A stretch of DNA of 35,523 nucleotides, from positions 1-35,523 of the forward strand of contig JAITDG010000011.1 in the NCBI GenBank assembly GCA_031282685.1, read 5' to 3'. Position 1 is the first letter of the stretch, and each line of letters opens with the position of its first letter. Positions 28,849-35,523 of this stretch are shown piece after piece. The notes below the pieces were generated by a model that saw only the letters and a list, made by a program, of their open reading frames with translations, did not search any database and had not been told where the DNA came from. Origin of the DNA: Puniceicoccales bacterium. GTDB taxonomy: Bacteria > Verrucomicrobiota > Verrucomicrobiia > Opitutales > JAIRLM01. The position numbers and the translations under genes were made by a program.

Positions 28849-31727
28849 CGACCGACTCCGCAGCACTTTTTGTATTTTTTCCCACTTCCGCAGGGGCAGC
28901 TGTCGTTGCGCCCCGCCGCCGCCGGCTCGGGCCGCTGGGGTGGCGCCTCCCCAGCCGGTGGCGCCTCGGCAATTTTTCTCTCCGAGTAGATCTCCTCCAG
29001 CATTTCCTGCAGTTTTTCCATGCTGCTGGCGGAGCGGAAGAGGGAGTAGGCAACGGTTTGGGCGATTTCCTCCATCATGCGGCGAAAGTGGTCAAATGCT
29101 TCCGCCTTGTACTCATAGAGTGGATTTTTTTGCGCATAGCTGCGCAGGCCGACGCTGCCCCTAAGGTCGTCCATTGCGGTCAAGTGCCTATGCCAGTGGC
29201 GATCGATGGAGCGGAGCAGAACCAGCCGTTCCAGCCGACAGAGCGTATCGGACTCCTCCAGTCGCTCTTTTACGGCGTAGGCGGCCCAAATCCGCTCCCA
29301 GAGAAGCTCCACCCGCCCGCTCTGGCCTAATTGAGCTAACTCACTAGCCGACAGCGAGATAGGGAAAAGACCGCAGGCCCGGCGGACGGCCTCCTCCGCG
29401 CGGTCCGGATCTCCCACTTCGAAGTCGCAGATCCGCACCAGCTCATCCCGCAGCAACTCTTCGATGACGGCCCGGGGATTCTCTTCGCGTAGAACGCTAT
29501 CTCGGAGCGAGTAAACTACTTCCCGCTGGGCATTGAGCACGTCGTCGTACTGCAGTAGGCGCCGCCGCATGGCGTAGTTCTGCTGTTCCATCCTCCTCTG
29601 GGCGTTTGCGATGGAGCGATTTACGATGGGGTGGGACAGCACGTCCCCCTCGCGGAATGTGCGGTCCAGCAGAGCGGCGATGGGTCCCCGGCCGGCGAAG
29701 AGCCGCATGAGATCGTCCTCCAGAGACACATAGAACTGGGACTCGCCCGGATCCCCTTGGCGGGCGCAGCGGCCCCGCAGTTGCCGGTCGATGCGGCGGG
29801 CCTCGTGGCGCTCCGTGCCGATCACCCGCAGGCCGCCGAGAGCAACAACTCCTTCTCCCAGACGAATATCTGTCCCTCGGCCGGCCATGTTTGTGGCGAT
29901 GGTGATTGCTCCCACCTCGCCCGCCTTCGCGATGATTTTGGCCTCCGCCTCGTGGAATTTTGCATTGAGCACCGTGTGCGGTAATTTTCTCCCCTGCAAC
30001 ATTCTATCCAGCAATTGGGAGGCCTCCACGGAGGTTGTCCCTACCAATACCGGCTGGCCACGGCCGTGGGCCCTTTCGATGTCCTCCAGCACGGCCGCGT
30101 ATTTTTCTCGGCGCGTTTTGTAAACTGCATCGTCGCCGTCCTTTCGAATGCAGGGCCGGTGGGTAGGCACGGCCACGACGGAGAGCCGGTAGATGTCCTG
30201 AAATTCCTGGGCTTCCGTCTCCGCCGTCCCCGTCATGCCGGCGAGTTTCTCGTAGAGGCGGAAGTAGTTTTGAATGGTAACGGTGGCGAACGTGCGGTTT
30301 TCCCGCTGCACCTCCAGGCCCTCCTTGGCCTCCACCGCCTGGTGCAAGCCGTCGCTCCAGCGGCGCCCCACCATGGCCCGGCCTGTGTTGGGATCCACGA
30401 TCACCACCTGCCCTTCGTGTACGATGTAGTGCTGGTCCTTCTCGAAGAGCGTGTAAGCCCGGACCAGCTGGCTGATGCAGTGGATCCGCTCCCCAACGGC
30501 CGTGGCTCTGGCAGCCAATTCCTGCTTTTTTTCCTGCCGCTCCTCGAATGTCCCTTCGCCGGCCCGATCAATTTCGGCGCAGAGAAGAGCCAAGTCCGGC
30601 AGAACGAAGGCGTCCGGGTCCTCGGGGAAGAGAGTTTCCCGGCCCAGCTCCGTCAGGTCTGCGCTGTTCTGCCGCTCATCGACGGTAAAGTAGAGCATTT
30701 CTTTTAGGCGAAAGCGCTCGTCCCTGCGCAGTTCGCTGGCCATTTCCCCCTCCAGCCGCTCCATCCGCCGGCTGACCGGTCCCGATTCCAGCATCTTGCA
30801 CAGCTGTCGATGCTTCGGCATGCCCATGTGGACCGTAAAGAGTTTCAAAAATCCTTCGCCGTCGGCGGGATCCTTTTCTAGCAGCTCCCGCGCCTCCTCC
30901 ACGAGGCGGTTACAGAGCTGCAATTGCAAGTTCGCCAGCCGTTCCACGGGACTCCGCAGTTCGCCGTAGGGGGCAATCCGCTCGTCCGCCGTCGGCCCGG
31001 AAATGATTAGCGGCGTGCGGGCTTCGTCGATGAGCACCGAATCCACCTCGTCCACGATGCAAAAGTAGTGGTCCCGCTGCACTTGCCCGTCGGCCAAATA
31101 GGCCAACCCCCGGTCTCGCAGGTAGTCAAAGCCGAACTCGGAGGCGGTGCCATAGGTGATGTCGCAGCCGTAGGCCCGCTTCCGCTCCTCCGGCTCCATG
31201 TCGTTCTGGATGCAGCCGACCGTCATCCCCAGAAAATCGTAGAGCTTTCCCATCCACTCCGAGTCCCTCCGCGCCAGGTAGTCGTTAACGGTCACCAGCT
31301 GGCAGTTGCGTCCCGTGAGCGCATTGAGGTAGAGCGGCATGGTGGCCACGAACGTCTTGCCCTCGCCGGTGGCCATTTCGGCAATTTTCCGCGAATGGAG
31401 CGCAATTGCCCCAATGAGTTGCACGTCGTAGGGCACCAGCTGCCAATCCATTTCCTCGCCGCAGACCGTAAATTTTGTCCCGCAGAGGCGCCGGGATGCG
31501 TTTTTTACTGCGGCAAAGGCTTCCGGCAAAATGGCATCGAGGGACTCGCCGGCCCGCACGCGGTTTTTGAACTCCTCCGTTTTTGCCCGCAGTTTGCCGT
31601 CGCCGAGGGAGGCCCACTGCCGATCCAATTCGTTGATGTGCCGCACGATCGGCTCACATTTTTTTATAAATCTTCGGTAGTGCCTTCCCGCCAGTCGACT
31701 CCACAACTTCCCAAATCCAAGAACCAT
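28845..31727 (-). CDS. secA: Preprotein translocase subunit SecA
   Basis: EMATGEGKT, TVNDYLARRD, DEVDSVLIDEARTPLIISG, ATNMAGRGTDI, QLRGRCARQGDPG, SEC-C motif CPCGSGKKYKKCC. Confidence 0.98.
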   Translation of the reverse strand: MVLGFGKLWSRLAGRHYRRFIKKCEPIVRHINELDRQWASLGDGKLRAKTEEFKNRVRAGESLDAILPEAFAAVKNASRRLCGTKFTVCGEEMDWQLVPYDVQLIGAIALHSRKIAEMATGEGKTFVATMPLYLNALTGRNCQLVTVNDYLARRDSEWMGKLYDFLGMTVGCIQNDMEPEERKRAYGCDITYGTASEFGFDYLRDRGLAYLADGQVQRDHYFCIVDEVDSVLIDEARTPLIISGPTADERIAPYGELRSPVERLANLQLQLCNRLVEEARELLEKDPADGEGFLKLFTVHMGMPKHRQLCKMLESGPVSRRMERLEGEMASELRRDERFRLKEMLYFTVDERQNSADLTELGRETLFPEDPDAFVLPDLALLCAEIDRAGEGTFEERQEKKQELAARATAVGERIHCISQLVRAYTLFEKDQHYIVHEGQVVIVDPNTGRAMVGRRWSDGLHQAVEAKEGLEVQRENRTFATVTIQNYFRLYEKLAGMTGTAETEAQEFQDIYRLSVVAVPTHRPCIRKDGDDAVYKTRREKYAAVLEDIERAHGRGQPVLVGTTSVEASQLLDRMLQGRKLPHTVLNAKFHEAEAKIIAKAGEVGAITIATNMAGRGTDIRLGEGVVALGGLRVIGTERHEARRIDRQLRGRCARQGDPGESQFYVSLEDDLMRLFAGRGPIAALLDRTFREGDVLSHPIVNRSIANAQRRMEQQNYAMRRRLLQYDDVLNAQREVVYSLRDSVLREENPRAVIEELLRDELVRICDFEVGDPDRAEEAVRRACGLFPISLSASELAQLGQSGRVELLWERIWAAYAVKERLEESDTLCRLERLVLLRSIDRHWHRHLTAMDDLRGSVGLRSYAQKNPLYEYKAEAFDHFRRMMEEIAQTVAYSLFRSASSMEKLQEMLEEIYSERKIAEAPPAGEAPPQRPEPAAAGRNDSCPCGSGKKYKKCCGVGR

Positions 31728-31783
31728 CGGCGTTCGCAGCCACTGCTAGAGCCGACCCGACCCCCGTCAACCGTTTTTGGCCG

Positions 31784-33169
31784 TCAATTCGGTCCCGAAG
31801 GTTGCGGCCCGTCACCTATCGTCCCATTTGGCCACTTAATTTTACCGGGGAAGCGCTCGTTTAAGTCTTCAATGTACTTTTGCGAAAAACTTTCCGGGAT
31901 GCCCAAAAATTTTACCTTCGCACTATCTTTGTGTTTTTCGATCATGCCATCGAGAATCACGGCAACATCTTTGGGCGTTATGGTGGATGTTCCACTTATC
32001 ACGAGGGACTCTAATTTTGGCAATGAATATAGGCTGCGAAACGGTATCAAGTCACTAGATTTTGAAATTTTTATTCTCATATTTTGGGGATAGATTGAAT
32101 CGGATTCAAGTTTAATCTCCTTGGCATTAAAGAGTGCATTTGGAACAATAAGCAACCCACAATTCCCTTTGTGAGCTTCTTCGAGATTAAAGCCGACATC
32201 TGGATCGTTTTCGGCGGCATGAATAGTTTCTAAAAGCCCGCCATAAACAGCAGTCGAATTTTGGTCGCATGAATCCTTTAGTTTATCACTTAAGGTTTGG
32301 AAAAAAAGTTTCACGCTCTCATATTCCTGGCTTTCCTTGCCGAAAAACTTTGCGCAGTACATAAGAATATTACCGGTTTGGGACTCGTAGCTAAATTGGC
32401 CGTTAAGTGCCGAAATTAATTCATCCCTAGCAGTATTTGGTTTAATTTCAATAAATAAATCGGCGATATATTCAATTTCTCTTTCGCTTGAATTTGATAA
32501 TTTTAAGCCACTCACAAGCGCCTTGGCGACAGACGACGGAATAGTGACGGCGTCTCCTTCATTCTCATTCAATGCTCTTTTAGGGCCTAGTGCCATAATT
32601 CGCGCCAGCATGATGGCCCCGTTACGCTCTCTTTGCTCCGGGGATAGAACTCCGCCGCGAGCCGCCATAGAAGTTTCCACATCATCTTCGGCGATGGACA
32701 GATTTGTATCACAAATAAATCTGTTAGCTGCGTCGATATTACCACTGTATGCATTTTGAACGAATTTTCCTAGCGCCGCAGTACATTTGAAATTGCGAAT
32801 TTCGAGCGCAGCGAACGCGCAAATATTCAGTTTTCTTTGACTGTTGTATGTTGATAGTATCGGAGTAAACATCTCGGCATTGATGAGTCCCTGTTTTTCT
32901 GCTGGCGAAAGAACATTATCGGCAATTCCAATAAGTTCAGCCGCCACATATCCTAGCTCTTTATTGTCTAATGCAACGGATTGCATAAGGTAGTATAGCG
33001 CATTTTTGCCCGATTGGTCGGTTTGCAGCAATGCATATTTTTGTTTTATTTTATCCATGTCTTTTAGCGCAGAAATAAAATTTTTACACGACATTATTAC
33101 GCTATCATGCGTTTCCCTTGCTATTCCAAAAACTACTCCACTGCCTGCCGTGCTAAACAAAATTTTCAC
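31784..33169 (-). CDS. Hypothetical AT-rich orphan (at least 461 aa; probably starts near 33319) with weak ankyrin-like and LRR-like segments
   Basis: Long low-GC ORF whose frame stays open upstream to 33367. Segments LQTDQSGKNALYYL and LYSLPKLESLVISG. Confidence 0.8.
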   Translation of the reverse strand: MKILFSTAGSGVVFGIARETHDSVIMSCKNFISALKDMDKIKQKYALLQTDQSGKNALYYLMQSVALDNKELGYVAAELIGIADNVLSPAEKQGLINAEMFTPILSTYNSQRKLNICAFAALEIRNFKCTAALGKFVQNAYSGNIDAANRFICDTNLSIAEDDVETSMAARGGVLSPEQRERNGAIMLARIMALGPKRALNENEGDAVTIPSSVAKALVSGLKLSNSSEREIEYIADLFIEIKPNTARDELISALNGQFSYESQTGNILMYCAKFFGKESQEYESVKLFFQTLSDKLKDSCDQNSTAVYGGLLETIHAAENDPDVGFNLEEAHKGNCGLLIVPNALFNAKEIKLESDSIYPQNMRIKISKSSDLIPFRSLYSLPKLESLVISGTSTITPKDVAVILDGMIEKHKDSAKVKFLGIPESFSQKYIEDLNERFPGKIKWPNGTIGDGPQPSGPN

Positions 33170-33605
33170 ACATTCGAGAAAGCCGATTTTCCCAATATGC
33201 TTAAGTGCATCAGTACGACTACTAACTAGGATGGGTATTTCTTTTTTTCCGGAATCTGGTGACTGGGGAGCAGATTGGGGTGGACCGATGTGCGTATAGG
33301 CTGATGATATCTCCGATATAGCAGATCCTATTTTATTGAAAAAATCATTCGATGCGAGAAAAAAATCTCAACGGAGCGCAAATTACCGCGGGTTAAAGGG
33401 AAACAAATTTCCTCTAATTTAGAGGCATTGAGCTTACTCCGCAAACTTCCTTGAGATAGCCGCGCTTACGCACGGAAACCGCGTTGATTTTTCGCTAATA
33501 CGTTCGCTATAGTAATCGCGGTCGGCGAATTTGTGGCCACTGGACATTTTGCGACGATCCGCTCAGCGCCATACTTTTCGTTTCAGGTCGGTGAAAACGG
33601 TGCGA

Positions 33606-34412
33606 TTAATTTTTAGCGTTTCCGTTTTCGCGGTGGAGTTGAATCCATTTCTCTATGACATCGCGGAAAAAAAGAACCGCATCCGGTTCGGAAGCTTTAA
33701 AAAAGCACAGTTGTGCATCATGCGGAAGAATGCGGATTTGCGCGTAACCGATGGTATCCACGCTGCGATAGAGGATAAAATGTTCCCGGTCTGGGCTGTC
33801 CAAATCGGCGATGGACGGATGCTTTCCCATAAGTTTTTTTGCCATTTCCCATTCCTCCTCCGTCCAGCACTTTAGTACGCGCAGGCGATCGAATCCGGCT
33901 TTCCGTAAAATGCCGTCAATGAATTTTCTCTTCCGCAAAGTGTAGGCTGTCAGCGCCACTTTACCCACTTTCCCTTGCGCGGACTCGTCCTGTAAAATTT
34001 CCCGCTTCAGTGCCGCGTATTTTTCGCAAATTTTTGGATGGGACCGCAAGTAGTCGCGAAAGCGCAAATTAAGTTCAATTTCCGGGTGCTTTTCGTCGAA
34101 AAACAGGTGGAGATTTACGCCGTGGCCATTTCTCCAGGTAAAGCCGCACTTAAGCGGAATATTCCATTCTCCTCTATGCGCATAGCCCAATTTTTCTAAT
34201 TTTTCAATGGCCCTAGTACGGTCCCCGGCAACGGCAATGATGTCGATTTTTGGCTTCGCCGTTAGGCCGGGCACGGAAGTCGAGCCGACATGATGGATAG
34301 CAGCGCAGTCCGCCCCCAGTGCGGAGATTATTTTTCCCTTTTCGAATTCAAAAATTTTAGGCCAGCGGGGATCGTAGTCGACGACGGCAATGGGTTTTAC
34401 CGATTTTTCCAT
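33606..34412 (-). CDS. GrpB/UPF0157-family nucleotidyltransferase-fold protein with C-terminal extension
   Basis: VVDYDPRWPKIF, IHHVGSTSVPGLTAKPKIDI, NLHLF, FRDYLRSHP, YAALK, KRKFI. Confidence 0.88.
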   Translation of the reverse strand: MEKSVKPIAVVDYDPRWPKIFEFEKGKIISALGADCAAIHHVGSTSVPGLTAKPKIDIIAVAGDRTRAIEKLEKLGYAHRGEWNIPLKCGFTWRNGHGVNLHLFFDEKHPEIELNLRFRDYLRSHPKICEKYAALKREILQDESAQGKVGKVALTAYTLRKRKFIDGILRKAGFDRLRVLKCWTEEEWEMAKKLMGKHPSIADLDSPDREHFILYRSVDTIGYAQIRILPHDAQLCFFKASEPDAVLFFRDVIEKWIQLHRENGNAKN

Positions 34413-34461
34413 GGCGTTTTTTCGATCGAACTCACTCCAATCCAGTTTTTAACGGCACACC

Positions 34462-34548
<87 letters not shown>

Positions 34549-34604
34549 CGACCGCGAACGGAAGGAAATTTTGAACGCACCGTCAACTTTCGATTTGCCG
34601 TCCA

Positions 34605-35381
<777 letters not shown>

Positions 35382-35523
35382 AGCGCTATTCTTAGCGAAA
35401 AAGGCCACTCCGTCAATCGCTATTTTCTTTTGTCCTTTGGAAAATTTAATTTCTCGAGTAGTTTTTTGGGCGAAAATTGCGACTTTAAATGGAACGGCGA
35501 TGTCGGATTAATTTCTCTTTTTC

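Overview
Gene-dense, GC-rich bacterial chromosome segment with 29 credible CDS and 2 tRNA genes. I saw no CRISPR array, IS element or prophage. Most genes are housekeeping: rpmF-plsX-fabH-lpxA, rpmH-rnpA, an Fe3+-type ABC permease, recJ plus an ADP-heptose adenylyltransferase, nrdG, serS, metG-nrdR-HIT, pheT, IHF/HU, a ClpX-like ATPase, murE, a CCA-adding enzyme, malQ, secA-acpS and tpiA. The Zn-free L32, the long SecA and the shuffled, broken operons suggest a reduced, probably anaerobic and host-associated Verrucomicrobiota (Opitutia/Puniceicoccales-like) genome; this is inference. The most interesting items are: (i) a ~190-nt, heavily base-paired intergenic RNA candidate with 6S-like topology between nrdG and tRNA-Ile2; (ii) scattered effector-like genes, namely an ExoU/VipD-like patatin with a two-helix membrane anchor, two AT-rich orphans (one apparently starting at a non-canonical ATA) and a GT2 glycosyltransferase with a signal peptide and no DxD motif; (iii) window-wide traits: TAG is the commonest stop codon, convergent genes share stop-codon tetramers, several promoters look leaderless, and both tRNA genes end in CCG instead of CCA. 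I found no complete multi-gene novel system.
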